Assembly: GCF_009834535.1 (NCBI RefSeq)
Contig: NC_045697.1
Coordinates: 18,788,001-18,852,000 of the forward strand
Source: Camelus ferus
Lineage: Eukaryota
Reading direction: 5' to 3'
DNA length: 64,000 bases
Shown: positions 14,901 to 26,450 of the stretch, one piece after another
Layout: the number at the start of each line of letters is the position of its first letter
Position numbering within the stretch: position 1 is the first letter of the stretch
The notes under the pieces: model-generated
What the model saw: only the letters and a program-made list of their open reading frames with translations
What the model was told of the DNA's origin: nothing
Database searches by the model: none
Program-made: the position numbers and the translations under genes

Positions 14901-15995
14901 AAGTGTATCCTATGCTCTCATGAGTCTATGCAGTTTCTCAAAATATGCATAGAAGCTGAGTCTTATCCAATGTTTTTATTAGTTACAATGAATTGATCAC
15001 ATAGATTGGGAAGGCAAGCCAAAGGCTTTAAATGTAAAGCCTTTTTTAAATGTAAAGTGCCCTTTTTATTTGGAATGATTTTATCGAGTTGAACACTAGT
15101 ATTAAATATTTAACCTGCTGCTGACTTTTCTTAAACTGTGGCAACTAAAGGCATCCTCATGTATGTATTAATTAGTGAAATACTTGTCACTCTTACTGCA
15201 CAGACTTATTTGCGATTACAACAGGTTAATTTTTTGTTTGTTTTTAATGAAACCGGCACCATCTGTACCCTCACAGAAATTATCCAACACAGTTTTGAGA
15301 ACTAAACTAACTAGTCATGTTTAATCAGATAATCCACACCAGGGTGGGGGGGCAGGGTTGGGGAAGGTCCTTTTTGAAACAAAATGTTACTCAATTATTA
15401 ACGAAGTTACTTATTTTGATTTCAAAAGCAGCTGTGTTTCTGATGAGTACTGAACAAATGTGTGTAATTTTCTGTGCCAGACTTTTGACTTTGTTTTCAA
15501 GCACTGTAATGTGGGATGAATGGTTAGAAACAATAATATATTAGGGTTTCTATGTAACCCTTTCAGGACTGAACTGTATCTCCTTTTATTAATTTTTCCC
15601 TGTGTTGTGATAAATGTTCGCCAGCATTCAGTACTGTGTTGGTCCAGATGTAGATTTATATGCTCATTTTTAGCTTATTTCTTGTACCTTGCAGCATGCT
15701 CTACACATTCAGTCCTTAAGGGGTTTATTTTACAAACTGTGCGCCTGTAAGGTTTATTAGCAATAAGATAGAACATTGAGCAAGTTTATACCATAATTTT
15801 GTAGAAAAAAGAATCTGCTCAGTTCCATATTTCATCCATGAGAAACCTGCAATATGGGCAGTTTCAAGAAATAAATAAAAAGGAAATGTAAACCATTGTA
15901 AAAGTCTTCTGTTGGATGTGCCTGATGCATGTATTACCGTCTTTGATTTCAGAATATTTCATAAAGATGATATTAAATTCTGTATTAGTTTGTGT
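11980..15995 (+). other. RBPJ: RBPJ long 3'UTR (approximate end)
   Basis: About 4 kb of AT/U-rich sequence with no recognisable interspersed repeats, ending at clustered poly(A) signals followed by GT-rich sequence. The end position is inferred. Confidence 0.75.
15870..15977 (+). terminator. Candidate RBPJ polyadenylation signals (AATAAA 15870-75 and 15874-79; ATTAAA 15972-77)
   Basis: Hexamers are seen directly. The downstream tgtattagtttgtgt and tttgtttgtttgttt tracts resemble GU/U-rich downstream elements. Confidence 0.65.
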
Positions 15996-18036
15996 ATTTA
16001 CAGTCTTACCTTGCTGTCTAATCTACATCACATCAAAGTGATGGCCTTGCTGATTTTTTTACAATGTTTTTAAAAACTATGTAGTGCTTTAAAGAGAGTT
16101 TTGTTTGTTTGTTTTGGGGGTTTGTTACTGTGTTTTCCTTCCTTATAAATGGGGAGATGGACTTTGTCACTCAAGGGGTATCTCAGGAACGTTTTGAGCT
16201 AATCTTAACAAGATTAGAGAGCATTATTTAACAACAGCTTGCTTTTCCAATATAAGGATGTCATTTGGTCTGGTGTACGAAAGAACGTGTAATGGTTTGT
16301 GCTTTTTGGTGGAGGCTCCTAATCAGAGAGAGAGTATACTTTGCTTAATAGGGAAACAGAAAGTAAAAGGGGAAGTTACGTATCTTTTTAAATCAGCAAA
16401 TTCATTTATCTGACCTCCCCCAGAAAGAAAAAATAAGAGCAAAGTTATCAGGATTTTGCGAAAGATACCTTCCTCTAAAAATAGTGACTGTTAAATAAGA
16501 AACATTTTAGTTGGAATTTGAATTGTGAGGTCTTTAACAGCAGAGATTGGTAACAGTTCCTTAATTTAGAATTTAGAAGAGAGTAATGTTTGTACCCCTT
16601 GCTGTAAACAGTGCATGATCACTTTCTAAGCAGGCTTAGGAAAGAAGCATCATGTGTGTGGGGGGGGGGGGGTCATTGAACCCCTAGATGGTTTCCAGTT
16701 AAAAATTCACAGGGCAGCTACATCAGGTTCTAGTAGTGAGTGATGACAGAAGGAAGTCTTCTCCTCAAAACAAACAAGCAAACAACCAAAATCTAGAAAG
16801 ATACACTAAAGAAACCCTAAAAACCCCTGGTTTAGTGCTAGTAACAGTGAGGGCAACAGATTAAGTTGATGCATATAAAGTGTAAATGAGATGATTCACC
16901 TTGACCTATGTTAGACGCTAAAGCTTAAGGCCAAGAGCTGGAACTGTATGTCACAGCCCGCCAGGACCTGCAAGACTAGACAGTTAAACACAGTTCTCGG
17001 TGTTAAGGATACTGTCGTTTGTGTGCATGGTACACAGGTATTCAGTCAATAGTTTAAGGTGTTATGCACACATATGTAAAAACCATGACTCATCTATGTT
17101 TATAGAAAAGGCAGATAATTACTCTAATAACCAGAAAAGGGACAAAGTTTTAACTATAATAAGAAACATGCTAAACAAATAGGTGATTTTACAGCTGTTG
17201 GAATTGATGGAATGTTTTACTTTGGGGAAGTGGTACTTTAAAATGTGGTATTCTATGGCACGTTTTTTAAAAGGTAAGTATGACTTTTAGGTGTGTGTCC
17301 AGTTCTTTCTAGCATAATCCATTGTAGTCCCTGCTTTCCACCTCCTTGTATTCCACTGCCCACTCACTTGCGCCAGTCAGACATCCAGGTCAGTCCTTCC
17401 CAGCACCTTGGCCTGGATGATTTTCTCCTGGTGCTGGACAAATTGGGGTCAGTTAAATCCCAAACTCTCAATCCAGAAACCCCCCTGATGTTCATGTAAA
17501 GGATTCGAGTGTGACGAGGCCATGCCCGGTGGCCTCTTGAGCTGTCCGGAACAGTGGTTCTTTCTTCCTAGAACTGAGTTTTCTCCCTGCAAGGTACTTC
17601 TCCTTCCTCGCCGCACAACACAATGTGAGTGATTCTGGTTTTCTTCTTAAGCGTTCACAACTAAGTTCTTAATTCAGATAAATAGATAATATAATGAAAA
17701 ATTTTGGAAAATAACCATGACTTTGAGGACAATCATTGTGACTTTAATCCCTGATTATTCTAGAGAGTCTAAGAGGTCCCCTGGGAATTTTCACATTGTC
17801 GTTAAGATTCCAAAGGTGCAGATGGTGTGATCTTTGGGAAGAACCTTACATGGAGGATAATGGAATACACACCTTACTTGCTTAGAAGCATGAATATCCA
17901 TCCCTTTTATATCTGGGTAGTGCCAGAGGTTGGAATTAGTTAAGACTCAACCAGGAATTTTTAAATGGCCCATAATATTTTGGTCTCTGAGCTCAGTAGG
18001 GTGTGGCTGTTCCCTGAAAATTTTCCCTAAGGGCTT

Positions 18037-18399
18037 GTCTTACTGTGCTCAGGCTGCCATAATAAAATACCATAGACTGGGTAGATTTATCAACAGAACT
18101 TGATTTTCTCATGGACAGTTCTGAAGGTTGGAAGTCTGAGATCAAGATGCCAATATGGTCAGGTTCTGGAGAGGACGCTTACTGGTTTGCAGATGGCCAC
18201 CTTCCTGCTGTGTGCTCTTCAGGTGTATCCTCACCTGACAGATTTCATCTCTTCTGAAGTCCTATCTGATTAGGGCGCCACCCTTGTGACCTCACTTAGC
18301 CTTAATCATCTCCTAAAGGCCCATCTCCAGATACAGTTACATTGGGAGTTCGGGCTACAATGTGAAATTTGAGGGAGGGAAGCAATTCAGTCCATAACC
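18037..18399 (-). mobile_element. MLT1 (MaLR) solo LTR
   Basis: ctcaggctgccataataaaataccatagactggg...aagtctgagatcaag...aattcagtccataac. Confidence 0.75.
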
Positions 18400-19056
18400 G
18401 GACCCTTCCCCAAAACCTTCTAGATTACAGTTTATTGATGCCCGTCTACAGGATGGTATTTAGGTTTCCTGCACTTTTAAGTCCTGGTTGGAGTTCTCAC
18501 TAGTTAGCTAAGATGATAAAATGGACTTGGGCTGAGGGACAAGGGGAGACGCAAGACTGAGGAAGAAGTCACTTTAACCACTGTTAATTGTTTTATGGCC
18601 ATTATTTAATCCTGACCACAACTCTGAGCTAATGTGCCTGTTTTAGAGATGAAGACACAGGCTCAGGGCTTGTCCAACGTCATCTGGTAAATTTAGCAGA
18701 GCTGGGATTCAGCTGTGGACCCAGGTGGCCCAGAGTCATGCTTCTAAGTGCCACTAGACTTCTCAAGTCACAAAGGAGCAGGGGCTGGGATTACTATGAC
18801 AAGTTGTCTTAAGGAGCTTCATAGGGAACAGCCATTCTGTTTCCATCCTCAGTTTACAGTTGAGGAAAACCGAGCCCTAAGGAAGTTGAAAAACCTAAAT
18901 GTGCTTATGGATTGGAAATGCTTTATTTGCTTGAAGGTGCTATTTAATTGCCAGGTGTTTGCTTTCATTATTACTTTGGTGCCCTGACCTCTTGGTTAGT
19001 GCTTGTGGTCCTCCTAGCCAAGCCTTACACATAAATATGTGCTAAATACACAACTA

Positions 19057-19170
19057 GGGCATGGGGGTACACATCAGTGGCAGAATGTGTGCTCAGCATG
19101 TGCAAGGACTTGGGTTCAATCGCCAGTACCTCCATTAAAACAAACAAAAGAACAACAACAAAAGTGATTT
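19057..19170 (+). mobile_element. vic-1-type SINE, diverged
   Basis: tRNA-like head (atcagtggcagaatgtgtgctcagcatgtgcaaggacttgggttcaatcgccagtacctcca), an (AAAC)-rich tail and an imperfect TSD aaatacacaact / aattatacaact. Confidence 0.8.
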
Positions 19171-20649
19171 TAAATTATACAACTCTAGAGAGAACCATCC
19201 TAGACACTCCAGAACATTTTCCATCTTCTGAGTGAAGATAATGATCTTCATCTCTTAATAGATCTAATAGTTAATTCTAACTCAGGTGAGTTTCTGGACC
19301 TCATATGTTGGCTTCAGGAAGACAAGAGTGTGAAATGATGACCTGAGGGTTAGATGCTCAAATCATAAACATCGTTGGGGTGGCTGATTCTGCAGGTCTC
19401 CACTACTCATTTGTCTCATTTGTAATGGGGTAAATGACACACAGCACTTAAGAGAAGCACAAATGAAGAGCCCTCAGCTGTGGTCCTGGCTTTCTTCACC
19501 TTAGAGCCCGGGTCTCCGCTATGATTGTCAAGGTCGGGGGACCCCTTGGCCTGGGTCTTCCAGAATCATTGTGAGCTTAGTCTGCGGACTTTTTGCTGCT
19601 CATTCAAGAAAATAGTGATATGGTGGATTTGCATTTAATACTTAAAAGATTTTTAAATGTACACGTTCAATGTGATAGCCATTATTAGAGTAATGAGTTA
19701 AGTCAGAAGCCAAGCCTGGTTAACTTAGGGAAAGAGGATTTTGTAAGGAGAGCAGAAGCTCGCAGGATTGAGGGAAAGCCTGAATCACGCTTAGACACAC
19801 AAGGAAGTTGGGTCCTGTAGGGTAGGGACCCTTGGATCCTGGAAGTCGTCTGCTCAGGGGGCCGCTGCTCTGGTGCACTCCCTCTTGTCATTAAGTCAGC
19901 TGCTCCAGATTCAGTTTTGCAGATGAGAGCAACTGGTCGCATAAGCCTAGGTCACTTGCCTGGCCCTGTGCACTTAGAGGTAAGGGTCATTTAAAAGGAA
20001 CCTCAGGAGGCTCTTTGCTGTCCATAATGAGGCCTGGATTTAGAACCAATAGGAGAAGAGAGAATTTCCCTAAAGGGAAACTGAGGTAGCTAGGACAGGG
20101 GAATAGGTGCTGGGCAGCTGCTCCAGGTGGCTACAAATAATAACTTATATAATAAAATGTGTTAAGAATCTATTCTGTATGCTAAGGGCTTTACAAGAAA
20201 TGTTTCTTACATTCCTCAAATTCCTAAGTCAGTTTAACAGGCAGTTTTGTGAATGATGCTCAGATCATGAGCCAGTCATCAAAACCCCTCCCATCTCATC
20301 TAGCCTTCCAGACTTCCCTAGAAATGCCCCCTGGGATGGGCTCTCAGGGACTGACTACTACATGATTTTGTGTAAATTTAACAGGTTACAAGGGTCAGAT
20401 GGGTAGGAATCTCCAACCACATCTGTAACAGTGTCCTGCAATTCATGTCTTCCTGGTGGAGGCACCATCCCTTAGTATTTGGTTAGATTCCTGGCCTCTG
20501 CCCTTGACTCAATATTAATAACTTTGCTGAATTAATTTAGCTCTGCTCCAGCCAAGAACTGCAGAAACAGTAACAAAGTCCTGCTTCATGGGGCTCTCCC
20601 AGTGGAGAGAGACAGGCAAAAATCAATGAATGCATACCTCATGTATGCT

Positions 20650-20994
20650 TACATATTAAAGGGCTCCTACTGAAAATGCCACCATCGAGAGCCCAGAGAT
20701 GATGGAACCTGACCATCAAAAGTCCTCAGCAGCATCCAGGAGCATAAAAGGAAGAATCACTGTGTCCCGGAGGTACTGAGTATGTAACATTCAATATAAA
20801 AATCTGTAGTCTTTGACGAGTACTTGGCCAGTCGTTTCAGTGGGGACGCTGTGCACACATCACAGTCACGTGCAGCTGGCTGAGGCTCTTGGGCTTGTCC
20901 CTGTTGTCTTTCCTGGGGTCTTGAGCTAACTGAGCAGGGTGAGGTGCTGTGACCTGTGGACGATCGAGAGCTGACTACAAGACAGTCTTTGTCA
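20650..20994 (-). mobile_element. Old ERV1-class LTR (MER90/MER110-like)
   Basis: The minus strand begins TGACAAAGACTGTCTTGTAG, the same terminus type as the 3856-4295 element. The left boundary is approximate. Confidence 0.4.
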
Positions 20995-21511
20995 GGGGAA
21001 GCCCACTGGGATTCCCATACTTACATGGGGTCTGCGAAGCTTCTGGACAGAGACCCTCCCCAGCGAAGAGCCAATCCTGTTGGAGGCCAGGAAGGAGCAG
21101 CAAGTCTGAGGAAGGGCAGGAGCCCTGCAGGGGCAACGTCCTGCTATCTCTGCTGGTTTGATTAAGGTGTGACCTCTCTCCCTGCCTCGAGATGCAGCCA
21201 GAAGAATGGAGATGCCATTCATGAAACAGGGAAGGCAGAAGGTGGGGGGTGGTGGGAAAGGCAGGTGCGGGAGGCAAGAGTCAGGGTCACGGACGTTCAC
21301 TCTAAGATACCTATTAGACTTCAAGTTAGAAAGCTGAGTAAGCAGTTAGAGGTCCAGACCTGGAGCTCAGGGTGGTGTGTGCTGCAGACACACATTCGGG
21401 AGTCAGTCACATACAGATGAGATTTAAAGCCATCCGCCTGATGAAATCACCAGGAAGGGTAGGTAGAAAAGAGGTCCAAGACCACCAAACCCCGGACCCC
21501 TGCAGTTTAAA

Positions 21512-21670
21512 GTACTGCTTCTCAAACGTTTTTTGTGCTGGAATAGCCCAAGGGAGGGTGTCAAAATGTGGATCTGACTCTAGGTCGGTGGGCAGGGGTC
21601 TTGAGATCCTGCGTTTCTAACGATGCTGCATTGGTCCTGTAGGTCCAGAGACCCCACTTTGAGTAGCGAG
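21512..21670. mobile_element. MER5A-like hAT relic
   Basis: ctgcttctcaaac...gagatcctgcgtttctaac...accccactttgagtagc. Confidence 0.6.
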
Positions 21671-21848
21671 GGCCCTGAGGATGCCCGGACAGAGATGGGA
21701 GTGATTGACAAAAAGAGTAACCTGCCTCTTCACTCCACTAAATGACTGTTCTTAACTAACATCACTGCTTTCCAAGTCACAATTAACTCATGATGGTTTT
21801 AGAATTAGCCTGTTTTTGAAGTACAGAGTCAAGATTTCTCTTTACCTT

Positions 21849-22325
21849 TGTCAACTGAAATAACTGCACAGCCTAAAAGTTGAGAGTTATGTTTTATTTG
21901 GCGGGAAGACTCGAGCCGGGATGACAGTCTCCCAGATCGCGGTGAGGGACTGCTCCGAAGAGGTAGGGGAGGAGCTAGGATATATAGGAGCTTTACAACA
22001 AAGACCAGGTAGTTGGAACAATAAAAGATTACTTGTTAACTAAAGAAAACCAGGCATCTCATGTTAAAGAATTTAGCACTTTTCTATGTATGGGAGGAAG
22101 CAAACATTTGGACTCATTGAATTCATTCCTTTGACAAGCCCCTAGCTACCTAGGGCCAGTATCCTGTCCTTTCTTATTCTGACTCCCCTCAGGGTGCACC
22201 ATTGTGAGTGGCTGCAGAGGCTGGGCTGCGGGCTTGTCTTCCCCAGGGGGTGGCGGTAGCCACTGATGACTTGATGACTTCAGCATTCTTTGTTTACTGA
22301 TATGGTTTGCAGTATTTCATTCACA
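21849..22325 (-). mobile_element. ERV1 solo LTR, ungulate MER41-like (copy 1)
   Basis: TG...CA termini. The minus strand has TATCAGTAAACAAAGAATGCTG near its start and AATAAAACATAACTCTCAAC near its end. Flanks acctt / ccctt resemble a TSD. Confidence 0.7.
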
Positions 22326-23874
22326 CCCTTGAGAAGACCTTCTACACCAAGTCACAAACAGGCTCATCAGATTCTCCTTACAGGGCTGTTAACGCCGCCT
22401 GCCTAAAGACAGGCAATCCTTGTCGCGGCACAGAGGCCTGTGTCACATAAACTGTACATCCTAAACTCCAGAACCTTGTAGCACCCAAGACCAAACTGCT
22501 GTACCCACAAGTCTGCGGAACGCTGACCAGCTCCTGAGTCGTAAAACTTTTTGGTTTGAACAAAACAAAACAAAACAAAAACCCTCATTTCTAACTGATT
22601 CCCTTACTCCCGAGTGCAGTTTGCAAATTCAGAGAGAATATAAAAGTTAAGCTGGGAAGAAATTAGCCAGATTTCTCCATCTCTCCCGTAAAAGCGGGCC
22701 TTCTGTTAGGATTTTGAATTCCTGCAAAACAAAACAAAACAAAACAACAACAACAAAAGCAGGCATTTCAACCCACAGATGGCTCAAGAGGGGCTTTTGA
22801 AATGGAGGGAACGAATCCAGGAGGGAAGCGCTAGCTCAGCCGTGACCCGCTGAGTTAGTGCAGCCATACAGCTGGGAGGGTCAAGGACAGAATTCAGCCC
22901 GGAAGAGAGTCTAGGTTCCTTGGTCCCCAGCGAGACTCTCCCCTGTCCCCACCCCACCCCCTGCAGGGGAGGAGGCGCCTTCCCTGGGGAACAGGTGAGG
23001 TCCCCAGCAAGCCTTTCTTCCAAACAACTTCACTGACTCTTTCATGTCCGGGAGTTTGAAGGTGTCGCCGTCAGCGTGAGTGAGATAAGCTGGGATTCGA
23101 GGGTCACACAGGTGTGCAGGGTCTCACAGGGGCGGATGGCCTGGGAATAGAAGGGCCCGGCATCCGGATGTTCCCACACTGGGCAAGGACAAGCAGAAGC
23201 AAACAGTGAGAAAGAAAGGGCTCGAAAGCAAATGTTGACATTAAACAGAGGAGTCCTTTGAACCAACAGGAGGACATGTGTAGCCAAACACAAGCCAGGC
23301 TGCGCGGGGGACCCCGAGGGGCTTGGCGGTATCGACTGTTCATTTATTTTTGGAGATAACGAAGTTACAGGTTGATGATAAAATGGCAGCCCAGCGGGGC
23401 CCCGTCTGCTGGTCTGGGTCATGGGTGGGCCAGCAGAGGCTCAGACGGCAGCAGGACGGTGGATCTGGCTTCCCAGGGACAGTGACAGGAAGAGAAAGCG
23501 CCACGTCTGAGGCTGGAGCCGCTGGAAGAAGCAGGTCCAGGGCAATGAGATTCCATCCGGCACCCTGCTGGGCTCTTCCTCTCCGAAAGCATTTTATATC
23601 AGTGCAGGGGCCTGGGGGCAGGGCAGACAGGACCTGAACTGGCCTGAAGCCCAGCAGACTGGGGGGCACAGACCCCGGGGCACGGCTGCCCAGAGGTGGA
23701 CCGGGCGACAGCCCACTGCTGTGATTTGAAGTGCCTCCTGTGTAACAAAGTGTAGGAAATGACCCCCTCATCCCACACCCAGGAGAAATGACTGCATGGC
23801 TCTGGGCAAAGACCCGGGGAGGTTCAGAGCGGTTGTATTTATACTGTCCCCAAACTGGAAACCGCCTGAATGCC

Positions 23875-24307
23875 TGTGGACTGAAAACAATGCGGGACGT
23901 GTAAATTGAGAGTTATGTTTTATTCGGGGCATTTTCAGAGGACTTTAAGCCCAGGAGGCAGCCTGTCAGATCACTCTAAGAGACTGAGGTAGAGGAGGAT
24001 CCAGGATGTATAGGAGTCTTGCAGCAAAGACCAGGTAGTCAGAAAATCAAAAGATTAGTGTTAATAAAAGAAAACCAGACGTCTCAAGTTAAGGAATTTA
24101 GCGCTTTTCTGTGTAGGGGAGGATACAAAAGTCTGGGCTCATTGAAATCATTCCTTTGATCTGCACTTAGCTCTCTAGGGCCAGTCAGTGTCCTGTGTCT
24201 CTATTCTGCATCTCCTGGGGACACCGTCGGGGAGGCTGCAATGGGCTAGCTTGATGGCCTCAGCATCCTTTGTTTACTGATATGGCAGGCATGATTTTTC
24301 ATTCACA
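23875..24307 (-). mobile_element. ERV1 solo LTR, ungulate MER41-like (copy 2)
   Basis: Collinear with 21849-22325: shared blocks include tgagagttatgttttatt, aaagaccaggtag, aaagaaaaccag, ctagggccagt, ctttgtttactgatatgg and ttcattcaca. Confidence 0.7.
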
Positions 24308-24351
24308 GTCCCATTGGCTGGCAAGAGAAGAGACAAACTGCGGTCCACCTG

Positions 24352-24730
24352 TGTGTCACAAGTTGAATGGTGCCCCCTAGAAGTCATATCCATGTGCTAA
24401 TCCTTGGAAACTGCGAATGGGACCTTTTTTTGGAACAGGGGTCTTTGCAGATGTCATGAAGACTTTTGAGGTGAGATGATCCTGGATTATCAAGGTGGAT
24501 CCCAAATCCAATGTCCTTGTAAACGACACACAGAGAAGGGGGCAGAGAAGGCCACATGAGCACGGAGACAGAGACTGCAGTGATGGAGCTACAAGCCAGG
24601 GAACCCCTGGCGCCACCAGAAGCTGGAGGAGATCGGGAAGCGAACCCCTAGAGAGCCTCTGGAGGAGGCGCAGTCCTGGCCTCCAGAATTGTGGGAAGAC
24701 CCATTTCTGTAAATAAACTTATGAGAAATA
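24352..24730 (+). mobile_element. MLT1B/C-like MaLR LTR
   Basis: gttgaatggtgccccc...tttggaacaggggtctttgcagatgt...cctggattatcaaggtggatccc...ccagaagctggaggag...cctccagaattgtg. Confidence 0.75.
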
Positions 24731-25639
24731 AACAAGTTCCTGGTAGTACGTTGCACATTGTAATGCTACTTAGCTGCAAAAAGGAACAAAGCGTTGACAT
24801 GTGCAAATTTGGGTTGATCTCACACGTGCCGTGCTGAGTGAAAGAAGCCAACACACCAAAGCTCCGTGCTCTGCGATTCCATCACAGGACCTAGAAAAGG
24901 CAAGACTCTGGGTCAGACATCACACCAGTGGTGCCAGGGACCGGGGGGGCAGGGAGAGGACTGAACGCAAAGGGGCTCCAGGGAACTTTCGGGGTGAAGG
25001 GAATATTCTATCTCTTGATTGTGGTCACGGGTCACAACTTTACGTATTCGTCAAATCCGTAGAATTATGCACATCAAAAGATGGAATTTTACTGGATGTA
25101 AGTGGTACCACAGTAAATCTAATGTTTTTTTTTTAGTGAAGAAATGCCAAAACAGGGTTCTCAAAACTGTGGTATATTGAATAAATCCACACTTTTGTCA
25201 CATCCAGGATAAAAACAATGATAGCACATGCCCTGTGTGGAGGTCATGTCCAAGGTCTAAATTTGTGGCCTGTGTGAAGGTGTTGACCTAATTTATTATG
25301 CAGTGTGTAACACTCAACAATTTTCATTATATTTGGAAACAATTTGAAAGTTTGATTTTCTCACTTGGCTAGGATTTGGGGATGGGCCTGATGGTTGCCA
25401 AGAAACTGTGATCATTCTCAAATTAAATATATTAATTTTACAAGTAGCTAGATAATTTGAAAGGCAGTTATTAAAATATTTTCAATTTTTAAAAAATTTT
25501 TTAAAAACTACAAAACCATGTTTAATATGGGATGTGGGTATTTCATATGAATGTAGCGCATGGCCTCCAAGAAAAGGGCCCACGGGGTCTTACGATTGTC
25601 TTGGGTGGGAGGGGTGAGTAGAACACACATTTCTGAATC

Positions 25640-26450
25640 TGCCCTGGTCACAGAGCTGCCTTGTTGACTTGAGTCCCAAACATTTCTTGGCCTGTCCATG
25701 CCGCCTCTTTCCAAGGCCATCAGTCTTGTCCAAACCTCCATCATCTCTTGTGTGGATTTCTCCAGTAACCCCTTAATGGTTCTCCCTTATCTGCTCTAGT
25801 TTGCCACACAACAGCCAGCGGGACTTTCTAAAACAGAAATTGAATCACATCTCTTGTGCTTAAATCCATTCCCCAGGATTAGATTTTCAATGTCCTCTAG
25901 TGAAAGACAAAATTCCCAACAAATCCTACAAAGTCCTGCAGGGTCAGACCCCTCCTGGTCTTGCCAGCGTCATCGCTCCTTCCTCCCCCACCTCTGCACC
26001 CCCCACCTGCTTCTGTCAGTCCCTCTTCACCACCTCTGCCCTGTCTCTGCCTTCTGCCGGAATGCTTGTCCCCTCAACCCACTTCACCTTGAATTCCCTC
26101 TCACTCTACTGAACTAGGCTTAGATAGCACTTCTGCTGGGAGCTGTTTGCTGTCACTCCCTGCTCCGCTGTCGGCCCTACCTGCCAGCTGCCTCATTACA
26201 TGCTCACTTAGCTCCTGGTCTTTCAGAGATGAGTGTGATTAGTTGGTTACTGCCTGATCCCCCGAGGTCTTAGCTTCACAGGAGAATGAGCAGGGGTCTG
26301 GTGGGAGGAGGGCGTCGGGGAGGCATCTTGTTCTTCCTCTTTTTAATCCCCCAGCAACTGAAAGCGTGACTAGCACTTGGTTAGGCTCACATAAGTGTCA
26401 GTGAAAGGATGGACTAGGGAGGGAGGAAGTGAGTGAATGAATGAATGCTC
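25640..26450 (+). mobile_element. L2 3' region
   Basis: Pyrimidine-rich L2-like body ending in agcacttggttaggctc...gtgaatgaatgaatg. Confidence 0.55.

Larger units (their letters stand above)
23780..25130 (+). mobile_element. Old L1M 3'-end fragment split by two nested LTRs
   Basis: caaactggaaaccgcctgaatgcc|LTR|gtccc...acaaactgcggt|MLT1|...gctgagtgaaagaagcca...ggaactttcggggtgaagggaatattctatctcttgattgtgg. Confidence 0.65.
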
